Part shown: positions 27,492 through 36,785 of the stretch, in pieces
Numbering within the stretch: the first letter of the stretch is position 1
Layout: each line of letters begins with the position of its first letter
IMG/VR virus record: IMGVR_UViG_3300017700_000491
Location: 1 to 39,977 of that record
DNA from: a virus
Taxonomy: Duplodnaviria; Caudoviricetes
Length of the DNA: 39,977 nt
Strand: one strand, 5' to 3'
Program-made: the position numbers and the translations under genes
The notes under the pieces: generated by a model
Database searches by the model: none
Told to the model about the DNA's origin: nothing
The model's input: only the letters and a program-made list of their open reading frames with translations

Positions 27492-27520
27492 AATGATAGG
27501 CCGCAACTATCTGAAAGGCA
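27492..27520 (-). promoter_or_regulatory. Putative promoter for scaffold and coat
   Basis: Minus strand TTGCCT-17bp-TATCAT. Confidence 0.45.
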
Positions 27521-27542
27521 ATAACAATAGCTATTGCATCTG

Positions 27543-27941
27543 TCAAGAGAAACTGCGCATCCGCTCAACCCGGGCGAAATCTTGGGGGGAGGATGAAAGT
27601 TTCATCAGGGCGGAAATAAGGCCGACACGGTGTCCGCGCGCTATAGCGTAGTCGTCGGCCTGCAACTCTTGGAGGTAGCGGCGCTTAGGGCTGGCGCGGC
27701 AGAAAAGACACAGCCGGGCAAAGTTGGCCCACACATGCAGATGGTGACGGTGCCCATGCTCGTGAGCAATAATAGCCGCCAACTCGGCCGGCGACAGCGC
27801 ATCACGCACCGTGGCAGGGATGATGACGCGGAACCCGTCGAAGCAAGCCCGCGTCGGGGTGACCAGCACCGCGGCCAGACACATGCGTGCAAAGTGCCAG
27901 CCTACCCAGGCCACCCAGGCCGCGGCAAGGTACTGCATCAC
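27543..27941 (-). CDS. Small membrane-anchored HEXXH zinc metallopeptidase (M48/M56-like)
   Basis: LSPAELAAIIAHEHGH...QELQADDYA...ALMKL...RVERM; N-terminal hydrophobic helix; overlaps the portal stop. Confidence 0.8.
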   Translation of the reverse strand: MMQYLAAAWVAWVGWHFARMCLAAVLVTPTRACFDGFRVIIPATVRDALSPAELAAIIAHEHGHRHHLHVWANFARLCLFCRASPKRRYLQELQADDYAIARGHRVGLISALMKLSSSPQDFARVERMRSFS

Positions 27942-30025
27942 ATTGCCGCGGCTGGTGGTTCGGCCGGCATTGCCTGCGCTGGTGGCGTCTGGTCCTGCGG
28001 CTGCAAGGCCATAGCCAGGTCCACGGCGTGCTGCTCGCGGCTCTGCTCGACGCCGGCCAGGGTGGCGATGGTGTCGGCCTGCGTCTGTCCGATCTTGGCA
28101 TCGGTGAGCTCGGCGTCCTTGCCGGCCTTGATCGCGTCGGCCTGCTGCTTCTGCGCTGCGGCTTGCAGGTACTGCGACTGCGGGTCGGGCTGCTGGTTCG
28201 CCTGCTCTGCGGCCATCTGCTCCTTTTCCTCGTCGGTTGGCTTGGCCGCGCCCATGCGCACAAGCTTGCGGTGGAAGAATTCTTTGGCGTCGGTCAGGCC
28301 TTCGCCTTCCATGTTGACCATCGCCATGGCTTCCAGCACGGTACGCGTCTCGGGGTCTTGCGACACGCTGAGCATGCCGGTCAGGGCGCGCACGGTGGCC
28401 GCCCGCTTGCTGCTGCTCGACGGGCCGACGTCAACCGTTACATCGAACTTGGCCGTGCTCAGGTCGTTCTCCAGGATGCTGGCGCCGTTCTTGTCCACGC
28501 TCGGGCGGTACAGCTCGAGAGAACCCGCCTTGCCTTCCTTCGACACGGATTTCATGGTACGGCCGCCTTCCACGTACACATCGCGCGCCATTTCAAGCCA
28601 GATTTCGCCCACCCGCTTGACCGTCTTGGCGAAGTTGGACATGTAGATGAAGGCCTGCATGTCCAGTTTGTTCTGGACCAGCTCCACCGCCTTGGCGCTG
28701 ATGTTGGCCTGAAGCTGCTCGCCGGCCTGCTGGTTGCCAAGCAAGTCCTGGAGCGCCTGTTCTGCCGCACCCATCAGGCCAGCCATGACCGGGGGAATCT
28801 GCGGCGCCTGCGTGTACGCCAATGGAGGCGACGGCATCATGTTGCCGTTCGCGTCCTTGATCGAGTTCAGCAACAGGTAGGGGTATTTCTTCACGTTATC
28901 GTCGGCCCACATCTGTTGATGGCCGACGATCTGCTCGGGGGAAACAATCGGCTTGGACATGTCGAAGCGGGATGCCATCTCAGCCATCCACGACATGAGC
29001 ATGTTGGTCAGCATCTGCGCATCCTTGGCCAGTCGAACGTGGCCCATGCAGCGCTCGACCCCATCGACCACCCAGCGCTTGCCGTAGAACGGGGCAAGCG
29101 GGATGCTGCGCCCGGCGATCAGGCCGCAGTCTTCCAGGATCATCGACCCGCTCAGAATGTACTTGTGGCAGCGCTGGCGCTTGACGGTCTTGGTGCGGCT
29201 CAGCTTGAACCCTGTGGCGGCCAGCTCTTCAGCCTTGCCCTCTTCCTGCAGTTCCTCGTCCGTCACCCTGATTTCGTTCGGCTCGTCGTCGGTGAGCGCG
29301 ATGCCGCGGAAGAAGTGCACCTTCTCGCTGACCTTCTCGATTTCGTAGTATTCGCCCACGTAGACGATATCGGGCGTGGACCAATCAAACTCGCTCTGGT
29401 GGATTTCTTTGGGCCAGGATGCTGGGCTATCGTTGAACTCGGCTTGGTAGGCGTCGGGCGTCATTCCGGTCAGGACAATGGCCCAGGTCGCATCCTTCTT
29501 GTCCTGGCGCTTAGCATCGAGGTCGAAGAACACGCAGCTATCGGCGTCCGTGACCCCAACAATCTCGATACGCTGGCGGTCGTCGTCCTCGTCTTCCTCG
29601 TCTACGTAGCAGGTGCGCAGCCGGATAGCCCCGAAACCGCCCGTCACGCCCTCTTCGAACGCGTTATCGAAGGCTTCCTGCGCGCCGCTGTCCTGCTCGT
29701 CGGCCCGGTACAGGCCATCGCAGGCGTCGGCTAACTGGTCGTTCTCGTTGCCGTCCTCACTGGTAAAGTCCACGTCGATACGATTGTTGCGGTACTCGTT
29801 GATGATCCGGATCACGGCCAGGTGAACCTTGTTCATTTCAAAGCGCGGCTTGTTCTCGAACTGCTCGCCAAGCGGCCCTTCCCACTGGGCGCCCGCAATC
29901 GTGGCAAAGCGGCGATCCTTCAGGCATTGCAGCCGCTCGTCCCGCATCGCTGTCTGTACACGGTCAACGCGAAGGCGCGCACGCTGGTGGACATCGCGTG
30001 CGGCTTGGGAATCAGGGCTTGACAT
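27938..30025 (-). CDS. Portal protein (P22 gp1-like)
   Basis: ATG 30025; GAQWEG, NKVHLAV, GGFGAIRL, FFDLDAK, GHVRLAKDAQ, DVTVDVGPS; C-terminal barrel coiled coil. Confidence 0.92.
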   Translation of the reverse strand: MSSPDSQAARDVHQRARLRVDRVQTAMRDERLQCLKDRRFATIAGAQWEGPLGEQFENKPRFEMNKVHLAVIRIINEYRNNRIDVDFTSEDGNENDQLADACDGLYRADEQDSGAQEAFDNAFEEGVTGGFGAIRLRTCYVDEEDEDDDRQRIEIVGVTDADSCVFFDLDAKRQDKKDATWAIVLTGMTPDAYQAEFNDSPASWPKEIHQSEFDWSTPDIVYVGEYYEIEKVSEKVHFFRGIALTDDEPNEIRVTDEELQEEGKAEELAATGFKLSRTKTVKRQRCHKYILSGSMILEDCGLIAGRSIPLAPFYGKRWVVDGVERCMGHVRLAKDAQMLTNMLMSWMAEMASRFDMSKPIVSPEQIVGHQQMWADDNVKKYPYLLLNSIKDANGNMMPSPPLAYTQAPQIPPVMAGLMGAAEQALQDLLGNQQAGEQLQANISAKAVELVQNKLDMQAFIYMSNFAKTVKRVGEIWLEMARDVYVEGGRTMKSVSKEGKAGSLELYRPSVDKNGASILENDLSTAKFDVTVDVGPSSSSKRAATVRALTGMLSVSQDPETRTVLEAMAMVNMEGEGLTDAKEFFHRKLVRMGAAKPTDEEKEQMAAEQANQQPDPQSQYLQAAAQKQQADAIKAGKDAELTDAKIGQTQADTIATLAGVEQSREQHAVDLAMALQPQDQTPPAQAMPAEPPAAAM

Positions 30026-30086
30026 AGCTAGAACCTTTCGGATAAACAATTCCGGTAGTTTAATCCTATTTGTTCAGCCGGGAAAC

Positions 30087-31538
30087 TTATCTCTTGCCAA
30101 ACGAGCTTGTCATCGGGATGGCGGCCACCTGAATGACCTTTGGCGGGCCAATGTCGCCATACCGGATGGCAAAGCGCCGCATCATGTAGGCGTAGCGCAT
30201 GGCATCCAGAATGTCGTCCATGGTCTTGTTGATCTTGCCCTTGTCGTCGCGGTGGTACTGCAACAGCTCGGTAATGAGGTCGCGCAGGCCTTCGAACACC
30301 TTGAACTTGCCATCCATCATCAGCGTGCGAATCTCGAACAGGCCCGCTTCCACGCCATTTGACCCATCCGGCCAGGTCGCATGCTCGGCCAGCAGGGTAA
30401 AGCCAGCCTCGACATAGTATGACTTCTGTTGCTTGGCGCTGCCCTTCTCGTGTTGCAGGCCGTCAGCCGGCCACGCGGTCGGAACGTGCGCTGACCATGT
30501 CTTTGTGGCGCCCCATGCCTCGATGGCCTTAGTTTCGCGCCGCTTCCATGCCTTTGTCACGTAGAACATCTGCTGTTCGGTGTCGATGACCAGCTGGACG
30601 TGTGCCTGCGGGTGGTCCCAACCAAAGTCCATGCCGTCGATGACCATGAAATGCTTGGGGATCGGGAACGGGGCGCAGGTAATGTCGTCCTCGGCCAAGT
30701 CGTAGATGCGGCCGTGGCCCAGCATCGGGATACCCTTGGTCCGCATGTCGCGCTGGTGCTTCGGGTAGCCGGCCAGCAGCTCAGCCTTGACCCGCTCATT
30801 CAGGTGGGGCGCGTCGTCCCAGCCCTTTTGCATGCAGAACTGGCCGGCGCTCGGCTCGTCCAGGAACTTGATGACCAGCTCGGTGCGGCCGTTCTCTGGC
30901 GTCAAGGTCAGGATACCCCGGCCGCCGCGTCCATGGTCGCCCGTGGCTGTCCGCGTCAGCACTTGCGGCCAGATATCCGTGTCCTGTGGCTCTTCATCGA
31001 TGTGGAACCAGTCAACGCCATCGCCCATCAGCGCATGCTGGCCCTGCGAATAGCTCCAGAACTGGATGCGCGCCACGCCGCCCGACGCATGGCGAATCAG
31101 CACGGTACGTACAGCGTTCGGCGTTCCGGTCATGGCCTCGTAGCCAATGATGCGCTCGGGCGGAATCAGACCGCCAACGAACGTGTCGCCGTCCTTGCGC
31201 CCCACAATCGGGGTCTGCAACAGGTCGCGCACCTTCTCGCCCGAGTAGCCCAGGCACCAAATCAGAGGCGCATGGTCGAAGCGATGGCCTTCCCACTCGT
31301 CCGGGTAGTCGCCCAAAGCGTGGATTGCGTCCACATACGTGCCGGTCATGGTCTTGCCGATCCGGTTCGCAGCGATCAGCGCGCACTGGCTATAACTGGC
31401 CGTGGCCTTGATGTAGTCCTTCTGCCACGGGTACAGCTTCGGGTACATGTAGCGGTACAGGTACACGTCCTCGCGCCGCTTCTTCTCTTCCAGAAGCTGC
31501 AAGAGCATTTCCAGTTCAGCGCGCTCAGATTGTTGCAT
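30087..31538 (-). CDS. terL: Terminase large subunit (P22-like)
   Basis: Walker A AANRIGKT, Walker B FHIDEEP, LTLTPENG coupling motif, nuclease GMDFGWDHP and DDILDAMRYA. Confidence 0.95.
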   Translation of the reverse strand: MQQSERAELEMLLQLLEEKKRREDVYLYRYMYPKLYPWQKDYIKATASYSQCALIAANRIGKTMTGTYVDAIHALGDYPDEWEGHRFDHAPLIWCLGYSGEKVRDLLQTPIVGRKDGDTFVGGLIPPERIIGYEAMTGTPNAVRTVLIRHASGGVARIQFWSYSQGQHALMGDGVDWFHIDEEPQDTDIWPQVLTRTATGDHGRGGRGILTLTPENGRTELVIKFLDEPSAGQFCMQKGWDDAPHLNERVKAELLAGYPKHQRDMRTKGIPMLGHGRIYDLAEDDITCAPFPIPKHFMVIDGMDFGWDHPQAHVQLVIDTEQQMFYVTKAWKRRETKAIEAWGATKTWSAHVPTAWPADGLQHEKGSAKQQKSYYVEAGFTLLAEHATWPDGSNGVEAGLFEIRTLMMDGKFKVFEGLRDLITELLQYHRDDKGKINKTMDDILDAMRYAYMMRRFAIRYGDIGPPKVIQVAAIPMTSSFGKR

Positions 31539-31607
31539 CGCAGCGTACTATGACGAGGTTTCGGAAAGTGCCAGAAAACACGGGTTTTGACCCGTTTTTA
31601 CGGATGC

Positions 31608-32039
31608 TCATGTTGCACCGCGCAATTTTGCCTGAATCTCGGCAATCTTCGCTTCCAGGGCGTCATTGCTCATCATCTTGATGGGCGGCATATCGTCGGC
31701 GCCACCGATGGCCAGCTTATCGCCATATTTCTTTGGGGACATCTTAGACGCCAGCCACTTACGAGTCTCAACCCGCAGCCTATTCCTCTGCACAGCCACA
31801 GCATCAGCGCATGGTGCGTCAGCGATTTCTTGCATTTCTTCGGCTAAGCAGTCGCCCCGGGACGATAGTGCGCGCGTGTATTGTTCCGAGAACTCGGGAT
31901 GCTCGCCAATCCACTTGAACACCGACGATATAGCTGGCATCTTCGGGTCACGGCAAATCGACCTGACACTTTCGCCTTCTGCCATGCGTGCGCAAATGGC
32001 GGTGGCCAGTGCGCGGTTGTACTTTGACTTTCTTGCCAT
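31608..32039 (-). CDS. terS: Terminase small subunit (Sf6 gp1-like)
   Basis: ICARMAEGESVRSIC...MP...WI...FSEQY...RKWLASKMSPKKYGDK. Confidence 0.9.
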   Translation of the reverse strand: MARKSKYNRALATAICARMAEGESVRSICRDPKMPAISSVFKWIGEHPEFSEQYTRALSSRGDCLAEEMQEIADAPCADAVAVQRNRLRVETRKWLASKMSPKKYGDKLAIGGADDMPPIKMMSNDALEAKIAEIQAKLRGAT

Positions 32040-32103
32040 GGTTCTCTCCTGCGTCTACTGGGAACCGCCCAGCGTTCGGTGTGGCAATGATACGCCCAAA
32101 CAA

Positions 32104-32125
32104 CAAAAAGCCCCAATAAAGGGGC
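32104..32125 (-). terminator. Intrinsic terminator upstream of terS
   Basis: Minus strand gcccc-tttatt-ggggc-ttttt. Confidence 0.6.
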
Positions 32126-32255
32126 CGTTTGCTGCCTGAATGTGTCTTACCGCGCTATCTGCGGCTTCAGGCCCACTTGTCGCATACCAGCTTGCCCCGC
32201 TGCGCGACAGGGTAAAGCGGGCCTTTCGGCCACCGGGCTGGCGCCGGCCAACATG

Positions 32256-32699
32256 TTACTCGGTGTTCTCAATGCGTAAGGTGTCAATCCCGTTGCCGCA
32301 ATTGACGTCCAGTGCGCTGGCCACGCTGACCGCTTCGGCGGCCGTGGCGCCCATGTACAACGCGGCGCGGGCATACTCGCGGCCGCTACCAATCACCATC
32401 TGAATGTCGTCATAGCGGATTGGGTAGGGTGTGCGCTCGTACATCACCGCGCGGCCGTCAGGCTCGACCACGATGATGGGTTGCCAGTCTTCCTTCGTGC
32501 GCTGGTCGGCCGGAAAGTCATCCACGTTGCGGCCACGGCGCACCCAGTCGAACATGGCCTGGATGTACGGCACGTCGCCGGAACCGCCCACCAGCAGGTT
32601 GCCAATGCGAGCTATCTTGGTCACGGTGCAATTCATCCCGCCATAGCTGCAGCGCTTGTCTGCGGCCAGGGTCTTGCCGTCCCATACGATTACCGTCAT
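32256..32699 (-). CDS. Ntn-hydrolase (HslV/proteasome beta-like) protein
   Basis: ATG 32699: M-TVIVWDGKTLAADK (N-terminal Thr), TKI, VGGSGD, IGSGREYA, DVNCG. Confidence 0.75.
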   Translation of the reverse strand: MTVIVWDGKTLAADKRCSYGGMNCTVTKIARIGNLLVGGSGDVPYIQAMFDWVRRGRNVDDFPADQRTKEDWQPIIVVEPDGRAVMYERTPYPIRYDDIQMVIGSGREYARAALYMGATAAEAVSVASALDVNCGNGIDTLRIENTE

Positions 32700-32786
32700 G
32701 CCGCGCCTTTTTTTGTTTGGATTATCGATAGGCAAATATACCACGCGCGCGGGTAGTGGCGTTAGCGGCGCGGTTTGGGTTAATGG

Positions 32787-33410
32787 TCAGTCCTTGACGT
32801 TGGCAATGAGGCGAGCAAGCTGCGCATCGTCCTTATCCGACACGTACCAGTCGCGTACAGCCTTGGCAATCGCCATATCGCGGGCATCACGGTGCTTGGC
32901 CGCAAAACCTGAGTAGTAAATCTTAACCTTTCCTTCGACTACAGGCGCTACTTGACACCAGTCAATCGCGTGGCGCAGGGCGGCGTTGGCTACGTTCGTG
33001 AGCGCGCCGATTGGCAGGGCGGGCCGCTTCCAAATTTCGTATAGTTCTTCTGTGGTCAGCCGTGTCACTGGATACACCTTTTCTGGCGGCTCGGGCTTGA
33101 TGCGCCACTCTGTCGATCCATTAAAGCAAGGCTCGCCGCCATCCTCCAAGTCGGCCCATTCATAATTAGTCATAAAGCTACGGCGCTGAATATCTAGCCC
33201 TGCCGCCCATGCCACGATTGCGTCATGATGCTTGTGTTTCTGTGCCATCTTATTCCCCTTTTTTGTAAGAATTGCCATATCCAGTTCGTGCTTCGCAATA
33301 AGTGCCGCGTTGTCTTCCAATACATCTTTCAGCTTTTCCTCTGCGCCCCGCACTTCACGGAAAAGCCATAGAGCGCCTATCAGCAAAATCGCTGTTACCG
33401 TAGCCTCCAT
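32787..33410 (-). CDS. Hypothetical phage protein (possible internal start at ATG 33248)
   Basis: KHKHHDAIVAWAAG...EWRIKP domain; AAGGGG before the internal ATG. Confidence 0.6.
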   Translation of the reverse strand: MEATVTAILLIGALWLFREVRGAEEKLKDVLEDNAALIAKHELDMAILTKKGNKMAQKHKHHDAIVAWAAGLDIQRRSFMTNYEWADLEDGGEPCFNGSTEWRIKPEPPEKVYPVTRLTTEELYEIWKRPALPIGALTNVANAALRHAIDWCQVAPVVEGKVKIYYSGFAAKHRDARDMAIAKAVRDWYVSDKDDAQLARLIANVKD

Positions 33411-33612
33411 CTTTCATCCCCTTGCTAGTTACCGCGCTGGTGAGAGCGCGGGGTGGTAACGCGTTGTCTAAAAACATCTGGCGTTGGCGGGCAATGTCCG
33501 CCTCGATGGCGTTGATATATGCCTCGTTCACCTTGCGCTTGTATCGCGCCAGCTCCCGCTTGGCCTGCATGTCGTACAGCCACAACAGCAAGTAAATAAG
33601 CGGCGTCATCAT
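33355..33612 (-). CDS. Hypothetical protein
   Basis: ATGA overlap with the upstream gene. Confidence 0.5.
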   Translation of the reverse strand: MMTPLIYLLLWLYDMQAKRELARYKRKVNEAYINAIEADIARQRQMFLDNALPPRALTSAVTSKGMKDGGYGNSDFADRRSMAFP

Positions 33613-33992
33613 GCCATCGCCTTTTCTGCCACGTTGCAGGCCTGGCGGTAGGTGCCCACCTCGATCTTGGGCAGCGCGCGGAAGTAGGCGATCAGGCCGG
33701 CTCGCAGGGCGGTGTATTCGTTGGTGGTCAGGCTGACCAGCTCACCGGGGCGGGCGCCGGCCTTCTGCCAAGCTTCACCGGCAAGGCGCACGAGCAGCAA
33801 CATTTGAGGCGCCTTGAGCCTGGCGAATATGAATTGCGCCTGCACCAGGTGGCGGCTGATGAAGTTGTAGCCGATAGGCCCCAGCTGCCCGCGCTTGGCG
33901 GCGTCAAAGTGGCAATACACGAACAGGGCGGCTTCGTCGGCGTAGTCGTGGCCCACTTTCTGTTTCAGGGCGATCAGTTCGAACGGCGTCAC
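33609..33992 (-). CDS. Hypothetical helical protein (possible regulator)
   Basis: Coupled ORF with coding-like codon usage. Confidence 0.6.
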   Translation of the reverse strand: MTPFELIALKQKVGHDYADEAALFVYCHFDAAKRGQLGPIGYNFISRHLVQAQFIFARLKAPQMLLLVRLAGEAWQKAGARPGELVSLTTNEYTALRAGLIAYFRALPKIEVGTYRQACNVAEKAMA

Positions 33993-34342
33993 GGCTGCAC
34001 CAGACTATCGCGGCACGACTGCTGCAGCACGCCTTCGAGGCGCACCATCCACTGTTGCGGCCACTCGCTATCCTTCTGCTTCAGGTCGCTGCGCTGGGCC
34101 AGCACGAATTGCTGGTGCATGTCCGCGGTGATCGGCTGCCCGGCGCGCAGGTGGCGCACGATGTCGACCAGCCAGCGCAGGCGGCCTAGCTCAGTGGTGA
34201 CGCGGAACCAGTCCGGGCTCTCGGTCGAAAAGTGGATGAAGCACAGCCACTGGCCCTCTCCGTTGGTGCTGCGGCTGTGGGTGGCGAGCATCGGGCAGCC
34301 AGTGACGCTGCAGGTGCTGTGGTCGACCTGGGTTTCACTCAT
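33989..34342 (-). CDS. Hypothetical zinc-binding protein
   Basis: CSVTGC...CFIH; follows the replication genes. Confidence 0.65.
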   Translation of the reverse strand: MSETQVDHSTCSVTGCPMLATHSRSTNGEGQWLCFIHFSTESPDWFRVTTELGRLRWLVDIVRHLRAGQPITADMHQQFVLAQRSDLKQKDSEWPQQWMVRLEGVLQQSCRDSLVQP

Positions 34343-35006
34343 AATCTTGCGCCTCCGGTGGTGGCATTTCTTTCGATTTCATGGACAGCAGCAGCGCTTT
34401 CAGGTCAGGCTTGGCGCCGTGCGTACGTTGGGGCTGTGCAAGCATTTGCTGGGGGGTGACGTCATGTTTTGGCGCGGCCAGCAGGCCCAGGCGCTGGCCT
34501 TCTTCCTTGACCGCTTCCTGTTCCTCGTAGCTGCCGCCCGGGGACACGAAGTACACCGGGCCGCGCCGCTCCAGCTTGGCGCGCTCGACCAGCCTGTCGT
34601 AGCAGCCCTTGAACGCCATCCGGGCAGCGGTCATGTCCGGTTTGGGCAGCGCCAGGAACTGGTTGGCCACGGCCAGCGCCTGCGCGGTCACATCGTTCAT
34701 CAGACCCGGCTGGCCTTCGATCTTCGGCACCTGCGCCCATGCTTCATCTGCCGACAGCCACGACACGCGCCGGCGCCGCTCGATCTGGTAGACGATATCG
34801 GCCGGCTTCGGGGTGAACTTGCCGCGCTCGGGATCCTGGCGGTGCGCGGTCAGCGATGCTTCGATCAGGTCCAGCGGGTAGCGCTCCAGGTCTTCGAAAA
34901 ACATTTTCTTGGCCTTGGCGCTGATAATTTTCGCCGGGCCGACGCCGATCATGTCGTAGGTCAGGTCCAGCAACTCGAAGAAGGCATTCGCGTCGTGCGG
35001 GTTCAT
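34335..35006 (-). CDS. Replication protein, helicase loader/inhibitor-like (P position)
   Basis: ATG 35006; FFEDLERYPL...GKFTPKPADIV...SADEAW...ARMAFKGCYDRLV. Confidence 0.6.
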   Translation of the reverse strand: MNPHDANAFFELLDLTYDMIGVGPAKIISAKAKKMFFEDLERYPLDLIEASLTAHRQDPERGKFTPKPADIVYQIERRRRVSWLSADEAWAQVPKIEGQPGLMNDVTAQALAVANQFLALPKPDMTAARMAFKGCYDRLVERAKLERRGPVYFVSPGGSYEEQEAVKEEGQRLGLLAAPKHDVTPQQMLAQPQRTHGAKPDLKALLLSMKSKEMPPPEAQDYE

Positions 35007-35323
35007 GGCTTCGCCTTCCGCGCAAACTCGGCTGCGCACTGCGCCCTGATCAACGCTTCAAATTCGACCAGATCATCGACAGTGACATGGTAGCAAACGC
35101 TTTCTTGATTAACTGGCGCCATGTAATCATATCGCCGGTCACGTACATTTTTAAGGGCCAAGTTGATCAACTGCACCGTGCGATCTTCGTCTTTTTCTTC
35201 GCTCGAAATGACCACGTAAGGCAAAATTTCTTTGATGCAGCCGACTGGCGCGAATCGGTCAGCAACGTGGCTTTCCAGGAAGAGTTTGACGATGCGCAGC
35301 GCGCCCTTGATATCGCGGCTCAT
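35003..35323 (-). CDS. Hypothetical protein inserted between the replication genes
   Basis: ATGA overlaps on both sides; more AT-rich than neighbours. Confidence 0.6.
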   Translation of the reverse strand: MSRDIKGALRIVKLFLESHVADRFAPVGCIKEILPYVVISSEEKDEDRTVQLINLALKNVRDRRYDYMAPVNQESVCYHVTVDDLVEFEALIRAQCAAEFARKAKP

Positions 35324-35829
35324 GGTGCGGCCTCCAGCGTCATCCCGTCATCAGGGAAGAATGTCGGCTGGCCCAGCAGGCGAACAGCCTCGGCATTGTT
35401 GGCGGCGTTCTGGTCGGCCAGCGCCAGCGGCGCGCGGCGTGTCTTGGTCGGGGTCCAGTCTGCCGTGAAATGCTCCCCAGGCCCGTAGAAGGTGGCCGCC
35501 TGCTTGATGTAGCTAGCCTCCGTGCGCTCCGCCTTGACGTAGGCAGCATACTTGGCCGTGCCCTCGATCATTACCAGGGCGGTGGCGCCAGCCTTGAGGC
35601 GCGCGACCCAGGCCTTGTATGCCGCCGCCTTGCTGTTCCCTGGCCGAGATGGGTACAGCGTCCATGCTTCCTCGAACTCGGCCGTGTACTTGCTGACCGG
35701 CTTGGCCGCGCCGCTGCGCCGCAACAGGTCCAGTTCGTCAACCATGGCCGCCAGCTCGACGCGCTCGACTTCCACCAGACGCCGCAGCGATGCCGCGCCG
35801 ATGCGGCAGCTCATGTAGTCGGCGCTCAC
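35320..35829 (-). CDS. Replication-initiator-like protein (C-terminal domain of O-type initiators only)
   Basis: GTG 35829 in a GTGA overlap; FEEAWTLYPSRPGNSKAAAYKAW...YIKQAATFYGP. Confidence 0.7.
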   Translation of the reverse strand: MSADYMSCRIGAASLRRLVEVERVELAAMVDELDLLRRSGAAKPVSKYTAEFEEAWTLYPSRPGNSKAAAYKAWVARLKAGATALVMIEGTAKYAAYVKAERTEASYIKQAATFYGPGEHFTADWTPTKTRRAPLALADQNAANNAEAVRLLGQPTFFPDDGMTLEAAP

Positions 35830-36020
35830 GATTTCCACCCGTACTCCACGCCCAGCATAACGGCGCGGAAAATATTGATGAGCCCAAGGGTGATGTTCAC
35901 GATATGGGCGATAAGCCACCACGATTCACCGTAGGGGTCAACGGAAAGGTGGAACACCAGGCCGGTGATGGCGACCAGCGTGTACACCACGAAGACAGCG
36001 ACAAAGGCACGGGCGCTCAT
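35826..36020 (-). CDS. Small 2-TM membrane protein
   Basis: Two hydrophobic helices; AAAGGA RBS; coupled overlaps. Confidence 0.6.
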   Translation of the reverse strand: MSARAFVAVFVVYTLVAITGLVFHLSVDPYGESWWLIAHIVNITLGLINIFRAVMLGVEYGWKS

Positions 36021-36301
36021 GGCTTAGTCCTTTCCGCAAGCATGGCGTCAGCGATCTGGTATGCATTCTCTGCCCACAGTTGCGCAGCCCGCATTTCCGA
36101 ATCGGCTGCGATATGGCTATCCGGGGAGTACGATTGGATGCCGCCGTCCGGCTGCGCCAAGATAGCATCCAATGCCTTGGCCGCGAAGTAGTCGCGCACC
36201 GAAAGCCCGTCCTGCGCAGGGTAAACATCTGGCTCGTGAAAGTGGTCAGGGTCAGCGCTGCGAGGGCGCGAAAACGCTGGCCCGCCATCGTCGCGGCTCA
36301 T
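36017..36301 (-). CDS. Conserved phage protein (GGPAF...RDYFAAKA type)
   Basis: DGGPAF...GLSVRDYFAAKAL...AYQIADAMLAER. Confidence 0.8.
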   Translation of the reverse strand: MSRDDGGPAFSRPRSADPDHFHEPDVYPAQDGLSVRDYFAAKALDAILAQPDGGIQSYSPDSHIAADSEMRAAQLWAENAYQIADAMLAERTKP

Positions 36302-36636
36302 GATGCGCTCCCATGCTCAACGATTTCCAGGCCCAGCACGCGAGCAATGTGATGCTCCAGCATGGCGCCCTTCGAGCGCGTCCAGCCGTCCAGCATGACG
36401 ATGCGTTCGCAGCCGACCAGCGCGGTTATGTCGTTGACCATGCACGAGCGGTAATGCGCGTCCAGTTCTTCCTTGGTCATGGCAGCGCAAGCGGCCAGCT
36501 CAGCTATTCCGCCATTGATTTCTGCCGGGTTCACAACGGTGTAGCCCAGCGCGCGCTGTTCGGCAGCTTTCGCATGGAATGCAGGGAAGTTCAGGTCTGC
36601 ATATCCGGTCATCGGGCCTGCAATGTAGGTCTTCAT
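36298..36636 (-). CDS. DUF4406 (nucleoside 2-deoxyribosyltransferase-like) protein
   Basis: YIAGPMTGYADLNFPAF...VVNPAE...MLDGWTRSKGAMLEHHIA. Confidence 0.85.
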   Translation of the reverse strand: MKTYIAGPMTGYADLNFPAFHAKAAEQRALGYTVVNPAEINGGIAELAACAAMTKEELDAHYRSCMVNDITALVGCERIVMLDGWTRSKGAMLEHHIARVLGLEIVEHGSAS

Positions 36637-36655
36637 GCTGTGTCCTCTAGTAGTT

Positions 36656-36784
36656 GTAGGGGACCGCGTACGCCGGTCGCTGCATTGAAAGGGTAGACCG
36701 CGTTTTCTTCAGCCGGTCCCTGCTGTTCCCTGTGCATCTGGCATGACCAGCGCGGAAGGGTGGACTACGTACGCTAGTCCCTGC
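36656..36784 (-). ncRNA. tRNA-shaped element D
   Basis: 5' hairpin ggacta-GCGTACG-tagtcc and 3' hairpin gaccg-GCGTACG-cggtc share an identical loop containing the palindrome CGTACG; short aggg/ccct closing stem. Confidence 0.5.
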
Positions 36785-36785
36785 G

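Noticed and set aside
27887-29734. 615-aa plus-strand ORF (likewise 3582-4883, 5811-7247, 23188-24360, 33804-35093)
   Set aside because: Antisense shadows of real genes, expected in GC-rich DNA; no motifs
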